Source: an uncultured Bacilli bacterium (GTDB taxonomy: Bacteria; Bacillota_I; Bacilli_A; RFN20; CAG-631). From it: a stretch of DNA of 64,000 nucleotides. The position numbers were made by a program, and so were the translations under genes. Below the pieces are notes generated by a model. That model saw only the letters and a program-made list of their open reading frames with translations. It was not told where the DNA came from and did no database searches. Where the stretch lies: positions 73,725 through 137,724 of the forward strand of contig CANQFQ010000001.1 in assembly GCA_947599835.1 (NCBI GenBank). The letters run 5' to 3'. This document shows positions 30,848 to 40,602 of this stretch, piece by piece. Numbering within the stretch: the stretch's first letter is position 1; every line of letters starts with the position of its first letter.

Positions 30848-32314
30848 GTGAACATTAAAGAACTATTAAAAAACATTGGTGGAAGAACAAACGGGGACAT
30901 TTATCTAGGTGTTGTAGGACCTGTAAGAACAGGTAAATCCACTTTTATTAAACGATTTATGGAATTAGTAGTGATAAATAACATTCAAGATGAATATCAA
31001 AAGGCAAGAGCCATTGATGAACTGCCACAATCAGGTCAAGGTAAAACGATTATGACGACTGAGCCAAAATTTGTTCCAAATAATGCGGTAAGTGTGGAAG
31101 TCGGCGAAAACTTGAATGTTCAAATTCGATTAGTAGATTGTGTAGGTTATGTTTTTAAAGAAGCAAAAGGTTATATGGATGATGATAAAATTCGTATGGT
31201 CAAAACTCCATGGTTTGAAGAAGCCATTCCTTTTGATGAAGCAGCGAAGATAGGAACGCAAAAGGTAATCAGCGACCATTGTAGTATTGGTATTGTTGTT
31301 ACCACTGATGGTACGATTGTTGATCTTCCAAGAACCGCTTATTTAGAAGCAGAAGAAGCGGTCATCACACAACTTCAAACCATTGGTAAACCTTTTATTG
31401 TACTTGTTAACTCAAAAGATCCAATGGGAGCAATGGCGCAACAAGTAACGCGCGAATTACAAGATAAATATCAAGTAATGGCCATTCCAATGTCAATTGA
31501 ACAAATGACTCAAGATAATGCGAATGAAATTTTAAAAGAAGCACTATATGAATTTCCAGTTCTAGATGTAGATGTAGTATTTCCTTCATGGGTTGCAGCC
31601 TTAGATGAAAATTATTGGTTAAAACAATCTTATAAAGCTTCCATTCAAGAAGGAATGAATGAAGCTAAAAAAGTTCGAGATGTGGAAAAAATTGCAGAAG
31701 TGTTAAGAAAAAACGAATATGCTAAAAGTGTTGAAATTACCAATATTGATACAGCGACTGGAGTCGTGACTTTATGTATTGAACCTAAGGATGGATTATA
31801 TGAAACCATAATTAATGATATTGTGGGAACAAATTTGCAAGATAAAGCAGATTTGATTAAGATTCTTCAAGAGTATAAAAAATATAAAGATCAATTTGAA
31901 GATATTATGCCTGCCATTTTAATGGCGAAAGAGACAGGATATGGTTCTTCTACTCCAGCATTAAATGATATCGATGTTGCAACTCCAGAATTGGTGAAAA
32001 ATGGCAATCGTTATGGTGTGAAAATCAAGGCTAAAGCGCCAACATATCATATTTTTAAAGTAGATATAGAAAACACTTTTGAACCTATACTTGGTAGTAA
32101 AGAACAAAGCGAAGCCATGATTGAATATCTAACACAAGGCGAAACATCTTTAGAAGATGTAACAATGTTTGGTAGAAATATTAAAGAACTATTAAAAGAC
32201 GGAATTAATGCTAAATTATTAACACTTCCTGAAAATAATCGTCAAAAATTGTTAAATATTATTAAGTCCATGGCAAATAAAGGAAAAAATAATTTAATTG
32301 CAATTGTATTTTAA
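30848..32314 (+). CDS. spoIVA: Stage IV sporulation protein A (spore coat morphogenetic ATPase)
   Basis: RTNGDIYLGVVGPVRTGKSTFIKRFMEL matches the SpoIVA Walker A N-terminus. The likely start is the GTG at 30848 after RBS GGGAGG (ORF track gives 30818). Confidence 0.85.
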   Translation: MNIKELLKNIGGRTNGDIYLGVVGPVRTGKSTFIKRFMELVVINNIQDEYQKARAIDELPQSGQGKTIMTTEPKFVPNNAVSVEVGENLNVQIRLVDCVGYVFKEAKGYMDDDKIRMVKTPWFEEAIPFDEAAKIGTQKVISDHCSIGIVVTTDGTIVDLPRTAYLEAEEAVITQLQTIGKPFIVLVNSKDPMGAMAQQVTRELQDKYQVMAIPMSIEQMTQDNANEILKEALYEFPVLDVDVVFPSWVAALDENYWLKQSYKASIQEGMNEAKKVRDVEKIAEVLRKNEYAKSVEITNIDTATGVVTLCIEPKDGLYETIINDIVGTNLQDKADLIKILQEYKKYKDQFEDIMPAILMAKETGYGSSTPALNDIDVATPELVKNGNRYGVKIKAKAPTYHIFKVDIENTFEPILGSKEQSEAMIEYLTQGETSLEDVTMFGRNIKELLKDGINAKLLTLPENNRQKLLNIIKSMANKGKNNLIAIVF

Positions 32315-32520
32315 TTGAAAATTTATCTGGTTTTATAAAAAAAGTCTAGCATCGATGAATGTTAGACTTTTAAATTTGTTTAATTATAAAACTAACAAAT
32401 CATCATTGATTGCTTTAAAAAGTCCTAAATTTAGGGCTTTTTTAAAAAAAATAATTTGCTTATTTTTATAAAATATGTATAATAATAAATGTAGATATAT
32501 TATAGTAAAGGAGAAAAATA

Positions 32521-32793
32521 ATGAATAAACAAGAATTAGCTGCTAAAATTAGCGAAGAAAAAGGCATTAGCAAAGCTGAAGCTACACGCGTAGTAGAAAC
32601 TGTTTTTGAAACGATTGTTGACGAACTCAAAGCTGGAGAAATGGTTAAAATTCCTGGATTTGGTAATTTTGTAGTCAAAGTAAGAAAAGCACGTACAGCT
32701 GTGATTCCTCTATCCAATAAAAAAGTTATTGTACCTTCTTATAAAACAGTAGGATTCAAACCTGCAAAGTCTTTTAAAGAACAAGTAAAATAA
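32521..32793 (+). CDS. hup: HU-family DNA-binding protein
   Basis: 90 aa. MNKQELAAKISEEKGISKAEATRVVE...GFGNF..K.R.AR and a C-terminal FKPAK arm. Confidence 0.8.
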   Translation: MNKQELAAKISEEKGISKAEATRVVETVFETIVDELKAGEMVKIPGFGNFVVKVRKARTAVIPLSNKKVIVPSYKTVGFKPAKSFKEQVK

Positions 32794-32867
32794 TAACAAA
32801 ATACAATCACATGAATAATCATGTGATTTTTTTTATATTTTTTCATATATTTTATTGGGTGATATTG

Positions 32868-33518
32868 ATGGAAAAAATTGTGATTTGTGGAAGTAAAGGA
32901 AAATGTGGGAGTTCGGTTTATCAATTATTAAAAGATAAAGGATATGACATCATAGGAAATGTAAATGAAAATGAAACATCCTTAGAAGAAATTATCCAAA
33001 CCAAACCACATATTGATTATGTTATAGATTTTACTAATAAAAATGCTGCGTTATATCATATTGAATTATGTTTACAGCACCATATTCCATTTATCTGTGG
33101 AACAACAGGATTTTCACAATTTGAACTCGAAAATATTAAAATAAAATGTCAAGAAGCGAAAGTTAAAGGCATCATTTGTTCTAATTTTTCCTTGCCGATG
33201 AATTGGTTAATTCAAAATTTTAATTCTTTATCTAGCTTTTTTGACCATTGTTATATTGAAGAAGGACATCATTTTTCAAAATTAGATAAACCTTCAGGAA
33301 CAGCGAAAATTTTAAAAGCGCATACAAAGTGTCCAGTGACTTTAAAAAGTTTAGATCGATTGGATGATATCATTCAATATAGGATTCATTTTGAATCAAA
33401 ATATGATAAAATGGAAATGGTATACGAGGTTTATCAAAAAACAGTTTATGCCTATGGAGTTTATTATTATTTAACCCATCCAAATGAAAAGGTTTTTAAA
33501 AATTTGATAGCGGAATAA
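32868..33518 (+). CDS. dapB: 4-hydroxy-tetrahydrodipicolinate reductase
   Basis: MEKIVICGSKGKCGS NAD(P) motif, ICGTTGF and EEGHHFSKLDKPSGTA (the E.HH..K.DAPSGTA signature). Start taken at the internal Met (ORF track gives 32811). Confidence 0.7.
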   Translation: MEKIVICGSKGKCGSSVYQLLKDKGYDIIGNVNENETSLEEIIQTKPHIDYVIDFTNKNAALYHIELCLQHHIPFICGTTGFSQFELENIKIKCQEAKVKGIICSNFSLPMNWLIQNFNSLSSFFDHCYIEEGHHFSKLDKPSGTAKILKAHTKCPVTLKSLDRLDDIIQYRIHFESKYDKMEMVYEVYQKTVYAYGVYYYLTHPNEKVFKNLIAE

Positions 33519-33527
33519 GGAGTCAAA

Positions 33528-34295
33528 ATGGAAACAAGAATTTTGGAAATATTAGAAAAAATTTATAAAGCGGGATATCAAGGATATTTAGTGGGCGGAA
33601 GTAGTCGTGATGAAATCCTACAACGGCCTTATTTTGACATTGATATTGCTACTAACGCTCCAATTGAAACGATTACAAACTTGTTTGATGTTATTTCGAA
33701 TCAGGGACTTCACTTTTATAATGTAAAAATTAAATATAAAGACTTGATTGCTGAAATAACAAGTTTTCGTTTAGAAAATTATCCTAATTCTAATGGCTAT
33801 CCTGTCATTTTAGGCTATGCTAAAACCATCCAAGAAGATGCAAAAAGAAGAGATTTTACGATGAATGCCATTTATTTAGATAAAAATGGCAATTGTTATG
33901 ATCCGTTTGGAGGCATAGATGATCTTAAACATCACTTGATTCGTTTTATCAATGATCCAAAAACCAGAATTTTTGAAGACCCTACACGTATTTTTAGAGC
34001 AATTCGTTTTAAAAATAGATTTCATTTTGATTATGAAAGCAAAACGCAACGAGCCTTAAATTTATTTATGAAAACAATTTTAAATTTATCCAATATTAAA
34101 CTTGCAAAGGAAATCAAAAAAACATATGATGAATGTGGGGTTATAAAAACCAATGAAATTCTTCAAGAAACAAAGATTAATCAAATACTCTTTCAAAAAG
34201 AATATTCGTTTTGTAGCAACGATGAAAAAGAAATAACCTACGAAGAAATATTAAACCAATTAAAGCAAAGAAAGTTAAAGGAGAAATTACAATGA
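33528..34295 (+). CDS. cca: tRNA nucleotidyltransferase (CCA-adding family) head-domain protein, unusually short (255 aa)
   Basis: GYQGYLVGGSSRDEILQRPYFDIDIATNA poly(A)-polymerase head motif and RDFTMNAIY. The body/tail domains typical of roughly 400-aa CCA enzymes are missing. Confidence 0.6.
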   Translation: METRILEILEKIYKAGYQGYLVGGSSRDEILQRPYFDIDIATNAPIETITNLFDVISNQGLHFYNVKIKYKDLIAEITSFRLENYPNSNGYPVILGYAKTIQEDAKRRDFTMNAIYLDKNGNCYDPFGGIDDLKHHLIRFINDPKTRIFEDPTRIFRAIRFKNRFHFDYESKTQRALNLFMKTILNLSNIKLAKEIKKTYDECGVIKTNEILQETKINQILFQKEYSFCSNDEKEITYEEILNQLKQRKLKEKLQ

Positions 34296-34933
34296 ATAAA
34301 CCAAACCAAGAAATAGAAGAAATGATACAAGTAGAAAAATTATTAATGTTAAATTATAAATCAATGGGAATTAATGATGATGAAGTAGTCATTCTCCTTT
34401 TAACTTATACTTTAATTAAAATGGGAAATAATTTTATAAATCCAGCTGATTTAGCATTATTTTGTAATTTTACGGAAACAAAAATTGATGTTTTATATAC
34501 AAAATTAATAGCAAAAGGTTTGATCAAAACAGAAATTCATGAAAATGGAAGCGTAACAACAAGCATTCAACCATTAATTGAAAAATTATGTCAAATCTAT
34601 GTAGAAACTTTACAAAAAGACTTAAATCTTACAAAAAATACAATAGAAGATCGTGACCAACAAAATGTGTTTGCACTATTTGAACAATTTTTTGGTCGGC
34701 CTTTATCTCCATTAGAATATGATATTATCAATGGTTGGTTAGAAAAAAAATATACTTATCAAGAAATTAAATTAGCAGTGGATATTTGCGCACAATCTCC
34801 TAATCATTCTATCAGATATATTGATACGATTTTATTTGAAGAACATAAAAAGAAAGAAATGGGCGATTCGGCTTATCAAGAGGATTTACAAGAAACCATC
34901 GAACTAAGCAAAATCGATTGGTTAAATAAATAA
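34292..34933 (+). CDS. dnaD: DnaD-domain replication initiation/primosome protein
   Basis: The C-terminal FEQFFGRPLSPLEYDIINGWLEKKYTYQEIKLAVDIC matches the DnaD/DnaB DDBH2 region. Sits upstream of nth, as in B. subtilis. Confidence 0.65.
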   Translation: MNKPNQEIEEMIQVEKLLMLNYKSMGINDDEVVILLLTYTLIKMGNNFINPADLALFCNFTETKIDVLYTKLIAKGLIKTEIHENGSVTTSIQPLIEKLCQIYVETLQKDLNLTKNTIEDRDQQNVFALFEQFFGRPLSPLEYDIINGWLEKKYTYQEIKLAVDICAQSPNHSIRYIDTILFEEHKKKEMGDSAYQEDLQETIELSKIDWLNK

Positions 34934-34937
34934 TTTT

Positions 34938-35552
34938 ATGGATAACCAATTGCAATATATTCACGATCTTTTTCCAAATGCTCAATGTGAATTGAATTAT
35001 AAAAGTTTATTTCAATTACTCATTGCTGTTGTACTTTCTGCCCAAACGACCGATAAAAGTGTGAATAGAGTTACCGCTGTATTATTTGCTAAATATCCCG
35101 ATGCTCCCTCTTTAAAAAATGCAAACCTACAGGATGTTGAACAAATTTTAAATTCGATAGGAATGTATAAAATTAAATCTAAGAACATTATTGCTATAGC
35201 AAAGATGGTGGATGAAAAATTTTTCAACACAATTCCTTCTGATCCCAATTTATTATCTTTGCTTCCTGGGGTAGGCACAAAAACCATTAATGTCGTTTTA
35301 GCCGAAGGATTTAAAATTCCTGCTTTTCCTGTGGACACCCATATTAATCGGATTGCAAAAAGATTAAATTATGCTCATATTAACGATAATGTTCAAGTCG
35401 TTGAAGAAAAACTAAAAAAAGTGATTGCAAAAGAAGATTGGATTCAAATGCATCACAGTTTAATTTTTTTTGGTAGATATTTTTGCAAAGCGAAACAGCC
35501 ATTATGTGAACAATGCAAATTAAGTCAGCAATGTCATAAAGCATATAAATAA
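34938..35552 (+). CDS. nth: Endonuclease III
   Basis: HhH-GPD fold with LPGVGTKT and the 4Fe-4S cluster loop CKAKQPLCEQCKLSQQC. Confidence 0.85.
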   Translation: MDNQLQYIHDLFPNAQCELNYKSLFQLLIAVVLSAQTTDKSVNRVTAVLFAKYPDAPSLKNANLQDVEQILNSIGMYKIKSKNIIAIAKMVDEKFFNTIPSDPNLLSLLPGVGTKTINVVLAEGFKIPAFPVDTHINRIAKRLNYAHINDNVQVVEEKLKKVIAKEDWIQMHHSLIFFGRYFCKAKQPLCEQCKLSQQCHKAYK

Positions 35553-37955
35553 TTAAAACCCAAAAAACGAATTTTTGATTTCAAATGTTTCTATTTGCGA
35601 TGGCCCCTTATTGTGGCCATTTTGATATTTATAATAAAGTTTCATCGTATATTGATCTTTTGAAAGCAAAGGAATATCATTTATTCCTTGTTTTAAAATG
35701 ATTTCAAAAGTTTCATTTTGGCTATTCGTTAGTTCACAAACCAAAACAAATTCGCCATAGATTTTTTCATAATCAAATATTTTTTTATTTTCAGTAGTTT
35801 CTATTTGGCTGAAATTTTGAGGAATTAAAATGGTTAATTTGTCGGTAGATACATAATAATCGAAATCAACTTTTCGGTCAATTTGTGGTTCACAAATATA
35901 GTTTGTAGGAATGGCTTGTCGTTTAAATAGGGCATTGATGACATAATCCTTATTGACTTGATTGGTCGGTAGAAGATAAGGGTTCGATCCTTTGACAATA
36001 GGAATGGTTACAATATTCTCTGGCATATCATACGTTTGATTCGGAATGCCAGCGATATCCATAATTCTTTTAAAAAAGAGTTTTACAATATTTGCATCAT
36101 TACTGCTCGGAGTAAAGTATGTGGGTTGATCTTTTTGCGTATTATCAAAACCAGTCCAGGCAGCAATGGAAATATTTTTGGAATATCCAGCTAACCAACG
36201 ATCTTTATATGCATTTGCGGGGTAATTATAGGTTTTGATAATGGTTTCATCAAAACTCGAAGTTCCTGTTTTTGCCGATACATGAATATCATTTGGTTGA
36301 ATAACATTAATATTCCAAAAATTCTTTTTCATAACATTTTCTAAAACACTATTTAAAAGATAGACAGAATCAGCATCTAAGACTCTTTTTTCTTGAGGAT
36401 TGAAAATAATTTCTTGTTGATTTTTCAATAAGACAATTTTTTTAACCGCAAGAGGCGTTTTATAAATGCCTTGATTTGCTAACATTGCATAAGCCGCAGC
36501 AAGATTTGTAGGTGAAACACCATAGGCAAATGCGCCTAGGGCATAAGCATATGAAACTTTTTCTTTATCAATATCCAATAAATGGATATTTTCTAAATAA
36601 TCTGCTATTCCTTGCATACCGATATGTTGCGCGACTTCGTATAAAGTTTGTACGGCAGTAGTGTTTCTAGAATAACCAATTGCTTCATCAATCATTAATT
36701 CTCCCATATGAAGTCGATCGACATTATGTACTTCTTGATTTGTATTAGGATAAAAGGTTTGTGTATCTACTAAACAATGCATATTGCTCCAATTTAAATA
36801 TTGATAAGCCAGTGCATAGGACAAAAGCGGTTTGATGGTAGATGCGGGTTGCCTAACCATATCATAAGCGCGATTAAATAATCTTTTGCCATTGTAATTT
36901 CTTCCGCCAAAAGCGGCAATAATGGCTCCATTTTCATTATTAATTACCGTTGCAGCAAATTGTTGTAAGTCTTGATCAAAGTGAAGATAACTTGACTGAT
37001 TTTGTTGCATTAAATCAATCTCAGATTGTAGCGTTGCATCTAAATAAGTATAAACATGCATAGGAGTAGTATAAGGATCATACCCAGAATATTCTTTTAC
37101 CTGTTCATAAACGATATCCAAGTAAGCTTGAAAAGGAAAAGATTTTTCGGTAGATTCTTGATTATGATAGAGCATCTCATCTAAGGGTAAAGATTTTGCT
37201 AATGCTGCTTGGTAATTAGAAAGATAATGATGTTTAACCATTAAATCTAGTACTTCATTACGCCGAGTTGTAGCCGGAATTGGATTTTTAAACGGATTAT
37301 AATACGTTGGCAGATTTACCATTCCCACTAACAATGCTGCTTCGGGTAAAGTGACACTCGAAATTTTTTTGTTAAAATATTTTAAACTAGCTTGATTTAC
37401 TCCCGGATTAATGCCATCAAAACAAATATAATTGGCATAAAATTCTAAAATATCTTTTTTAGAATATAACTTTTCGATTCGATTTGCTAAATAGGCTTCT
37501 TCTAATTTTCTTTTGATGGTTTTATTAGAATTGAGCATGGTATTTTTAACTAATTGTTGCGTTAAAGTAGAAGCACCTTGGACAAACGAAGAAGAAGTGA
37601 CGTTAGCATAAATGGCTGAAAGCAATCGTGGAATGTCTAAACCATTATGAAGAAAAAAACGAACATCTTCCGTACTTAATAAAGCATTAATAAAAACATC
37701 GGGTAAATCATCATAAGTAACTTGCCCAACGCTTTCTTTATTTAAAGTTGTCACCAATTGTTCTTGATGATCATAAATCTTAGAAACAAGATTCGATTGG
37801 ATAGGGGCCAATGCTGGCTGCTTTACTTTAGAAAATAAATTAACGGTATATGAAATTCCTATGAGAGTAAAACATAGGAAAATGATTGCAAAAAAATTGG
37901 TGAAAGTAAGTAAGATAGATTTTGCTTTACTTTTCTTGGTTTTCAAAGTATGCAA
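35553..37955 (-). CDS. ponA: Class A penicillin-binding protein 1A (glycosyltransferase + transpeptidase)
   Basis: N-terminal TM helix. GT51 motifs EDVRFFLHNGLD and the RKLEE region. Transpeptidase motifs STIKP and KTGT. Confidence 0.85.
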   Translation of the reverse strand: MHTLKTKKSKAKSILLTFTNFFAIIFLCFTLIGISYTVNLFSKVKQPALAPIQSNLVSKIYDHQEQLVTTLNKESVGQVTYDDLPDVFINALLSTEDVRFFLHNGLDIPRLLSAIYANVTSSSFVQGASTLTQQLVKNTMLNSNKTIKRKLEEAYLANRIEKLYSKKDILEFYANYICFDGINPGVNQASLKYFNKKISSVTLPEAALLVGMVNLPTYYNPFKNPIPATTRRNEVLDLMVKHHYLSNYQAALAKSLPLDEMLYHNQESTEKSFPFQAYLDIVYEQVKEYSGYDPYTTPMHVYTYLDATLQSEIDLMQQNQSSYLHFDQDLQQFAATVINNENGAIIAAFGGRNYNGKRLFNRAYDMVRQPASTIKPLLSYALAYQYLNWSNMHCLVDTQTFYPNTNQEVHNVDRLHMGELMIDEAIGYSRNTTAVQTLYEVAQHIGMQGIADYLENIHLLDIDKEKVSYAYALGAFAYGVSPTNLAAAYAMLANQGIYKTPLAVKKIVLLKNQQEIIFNPQEKRVLDADSVYLLNSVLENVMKKNFWNINVIQPNDIHVSAKTGTSSFDETIIKTYNYPANAYKDRWLAGYSKNISIAAWTGFDNTQKDQPTYFTPSSNDANIVKLFFKRIMDIAGIPNQTYDMPENIVTIPIVKGSNPYLLPTNQVNKDYVINALFKRQAIPTNYICEPQIDRKVDFDYYVSTDKLTILIPQNFSQIETTENKKIFDYEKIYGEFVLVCELTNSQNETFEIILKQGINDIPLLSKDQYTMKLYYKYQNGHNKGPSQIETFEIKNSFFGF

Positions 37956-38499
37956 ATTTCACGGCTTTTAAATAATCAAGCAGGATATGGAACCCTGGTT
38001 TAATTAAAACACCATATTTTCTTAAATCGGCAATAGGAATATTTTTTTGATTTAAAGAAATAGCCTTGAGAATATAATTGCCATCTAATAAATAGATTTC
38101 TTCAAATGCTTTAAGGTAGATTAAAACAAAGGAATAACCTTTATGCTTGATGACAAGTTCAATCGATTTCAATTGATGTTGTGCAATATTTGATAAAGGA
38201 AATCCTGTTTTTGAAGAAGTTTCTTTTGCTTCAAAATCGAGATAATGGCCTTGAAATACACCCACATAATCTAAAGTAGACGCACTTAAAAAAATAGCTT
38301 CTGTAATCTTGTAGTGATTTTCTGTTTTCATTACTTTAATTGGAGTTGGTCTTTTGTTAATGAAAGCAATGTCATTTGCCTTGTAGTATTCATTGGCTTG
38401 ATTGATCATGTCTTCTAAGGCCATTCCTTTGTTCGCTAAGTTATTTGCTTTTCTATTTAGATATGTTTTTTTGGTTGGATAATTAATCAAGGTTCTCAC
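37927..38499 (-). CDS. recU: Holliday junction resolvase RecU
   Basis: LANKGMALEDMINQANEYYK RecU signature. Its 3' end overlaps ponA, as in the Bacillus recU-ponA operon. Confidence 0.85.
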   Translation of the reverse strand: MRTLINYPTKKTYLNRKANNLANKGMALEDMINQANEYYKANDIAFINKRPTPIKVMKTENHYKITEAIFLSASTLDYVGVFQGHYLDFEAKETSSKTGFPLSNIAQHQLKSIELVIKHKGYSFVLIYLKAFEEIYLLDGNYILKAISLNQKNIPIADLRKYGVLIKPGFHILLDYLKAVKFAYFENQEK

Positions 38500-38622
38500 C
38501 TACTTATTTCACCACTCGTATTTTGTAACAGGTTTAAACAAAATATTCATGGTTAACTAAATTATATGCTTTTTTTTATAGGAAAAAAATGGTAAAATGA
38601 AACTAATCTCAAAGGAGGGTCG

Positions 38623-38982
38623 ATGATGAAAGAAAAATTGTCTACACAAATTTTAAAAAAAGATTTTACCATTCGCCCAAATGGCTGGGATGTTAAAGAG
38701 GTCGATGTCTTCTTAGATGAGATTATGAATAAAGTAAAAGAATTAGAAAAGCAAATGGGTACTTTAGAACAAGAAAATCAACGATTAAACGAATTAGTGA
38801 AAATTTTAGAGAACAAAAATGAAGATTTAAAGATAGAAATTACCAAAGCAAAATCTCAAAAAAATGTTAGTTTTGATCCTAATGATTATACTAATGTTGA
38901 AATTATTAGACGATTAGCTAAATTAGAAACGGCTGTTAATGATATGAAACAAGAACTTACAAAAAAAACAAATCTTGGATAG
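38623..38982 (+). CDS. gpsB: DivIVA-domain cell-cycle protein GpsB
   Basis: KDFTIRPNGWDVKEVDVFLDEIMN DivIVA N-domain followed by a coiled coil. Adjacent to rnpB, as in B. subtilis. Confidence 0.7.
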   Translation: MMKEKLSTQILKKDFTIRPNGWDVKEVDVFLDEIMNKVKELEKQMGTLEQENQRLNELVKILENKNEDLKIEITKAKSQKNVSFDPNDYTNVEIIRRLAKLETAVNDMKQELTKKTNLG

Positions 38983-39316
38983 TCGCTGTAAGAAATTATA
39001 GAGGAAAGTCCATGCTTGCATAAGCTGTGATGCTTATAGTGTTTGTGCCAAAGGAAACAATAACTTTGGGATGAGAAATCATACGGCGAGCGATGCCTAA
39101 GTGAAAATAAGGCTATGCTTATAACGTGCCACAGAAACGAGTTTATTGGAAACGATAAAATGAAACGCGGTAAACCCCTCAAGCAAGAAACTCAAATTTG
39201 GTAGAGGAACCTAAGAGCAAGAATAAGAATTGTTTAAAGGATGCATATTTGATGCATAGATAAATGACTATCGCTACGATTGTAGAACAGAACATGGCTT
39301 ACAAAGATTTGTTTAT
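38966..39316 (+). ncRNA. rnpB: RNase P RNA, bacterial type B
   Basis: Conserved GAGGAAAGTCCATGC (39001-39015), ACGCGGTAAACCCCTCAAGCAAGAAACTCAAATTTGGTAGAGGAACC and the 3' AACATGGCTTACAAAGATTTGT. P1 pairing ACAAATCTTGG (38968-38978) with CAAAGATTTGT (39303-39313). Strong agreement with B. subtilis rnpB. Confidence 0.85.
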
Positions 39317-39318
39317 AA

Positions 39319-39346
39319 AAGTTATCTTAAGATAACTTTTTTTATA
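39319..39346 (+). terminator. Rho-independent terminator after rnpB
   Basis: Hairpin gttatcttaagataac followed by T7. Confidence 0.6.
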
Positions 39347-39413
39347 CAAAAAAATATTAGATATGCTATAATAACAATGTATTTTGGTTGAAATTAGAGA
39401 TGAGGTATCTTTT

Positions 39414-40100
39414 ATGAAATTTAAAGAGATGAATACACCCAATAAATTAACAACAATTCGCATGATTTGTGTACCTATTGTTATTTTATTGTTTATACTT
39501 AACGTTTTGCATGCTATTTTAGACCTTCCTACAGATTATGTCGTTGCGCGTTATTCTTTAGGAAGTTTAACTATCACACAAATATTCATTTTTATTTTAT
39601 TTGTGTCTGCTTCGATTACTGATTTTATTGATGGCCATTTGGCAAGAAAAAATAATCTTGTTACAGATTATGGAAAAATTATGGATCCATTAGCGGATAA
39701 ATTATTAGTGAATTCTTCGCTTGTTTGTTTGGCCATTTTTAATTTTTGTTCACCCGCAGTTTATCCAAATTCATTGGAAATGATAAAATGGATACAAGGA
39801 TTTAGAGTCGTGCTTTTATTTGCTGTTGTTATTGTCATTTTTAGGGACTTTTTCGTTGATGCTCTAAGAATGCAATCGGTCAAAAACGGAATCGTTGTTC
39901 CGGCTTCAAAATGGGGAAAATTTAAAACAGCGACATTAATGCCAGGGATCGCAATTTTAATTCTTGGATCGGTGCATGCAGTTGTTTTCTATGTAGGTGC
40001 ATCTTTAATTATTTTAGGTGCAATATTTGCATGTATTAGTGGAATTCAATATTATCGTACCATCATGCCAACTTTAGATCGTAACGGAGAAGATAAATAA
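39414..40100 (+). CDS. pgsA: CDP-diacylglycerol--glycerol-3-phosphate 3-phosphatidyltransferase
   Basis: CDP-alcohol phosphatidyltransferase motif DFIDGHLARKNNLVTDYGKIMDPLADK. The start is uncertain (39384 to 39429). Confidence 0.8.
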   Translation: MKFKEMNTPNKLTTIRMICVPIVILLFILNVLHAILDLPTDYVVARYSLGSLTITQIFIFILFVSASITDFIDGHLARKNNLVTDYGKIMDPLADKLLVNSSLVCLAIFNFCSPAVYPNSLEMIKWIQGFRVVLLFAVVIVIFRDFFVDALRMQSVKNGIVVPASKWGKFKTATLMPGIAILILGSVHAVVFYVGASLIILGAIFACISGIQYYRTIMPTLDRNGEDK

Positions 40101-40101
40101 A

Positions 40102-40554
40102 ATGAAAGAATTGGTTGAAAAACTAAAAAAAGCCCATTTAACACTTTCTTGTTGTGAAAGTTTAACTGGAGGAATGTTTGCTTCCCAAATGGTAGATGTA
40201 TCTGGAGCGAGTGAAGTTTTTGTCGGTGGATATGTGACTTATCAAAATAAAGCAAAAGAAAATATTTTAAATGGCACAGATGTTTTAAAAAAATTTGGTG
40301 CAATTTCTGATGAGATGGCATGTTTGATGGCCTTAAAAGCGAAAAATGATTTTCAAAGTGATATCGTTGTATCTTTTACTGGAAATGCGGGTCCTCAAGC
40401 GGATGAGAAAAAAGAAGTAGGTTTAGTTTATTCTTGTATTATTTTTAAAGATAAAATGTATCATTTTAAAAATATTTATCAAGGTACACGTCAAGAAATT
40501 CGAATGCAATGTATAGAAGATGCAAAAAAGAGAATAGTAAGTTATTTATCCTAG
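40102..40554 (+). CDS. cinA: CinA C-terminal domain protein (PncC-like NMN deamidase domain only)
   Basis: 150 aa. LSCCESLTGGMFASQ is the CinA_C signature. The N-terminal MoeA-like domain is absent. Position pgsA-cinA-recA is conserved. Confidence 0.7.
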   Translation: MKELVEKLKKAHLTLSCCESLTGGMFASQMVDVSGASEVFVGGYVTYQNKAKENILNGTDVLKKFGAISDEMACLMALKAKNDFQSDIVVSFTGNAGPQADEKKEVGLVYSCIIFKDKMYHFKNIYQGTRQEIRMQCIEDAKKRIVSYLS

Positions 40555-40602
40555 GTCATTTTTTTATTTAATGTCTATAATAGTAGCAAGGGAGAAATCA
40601 AT

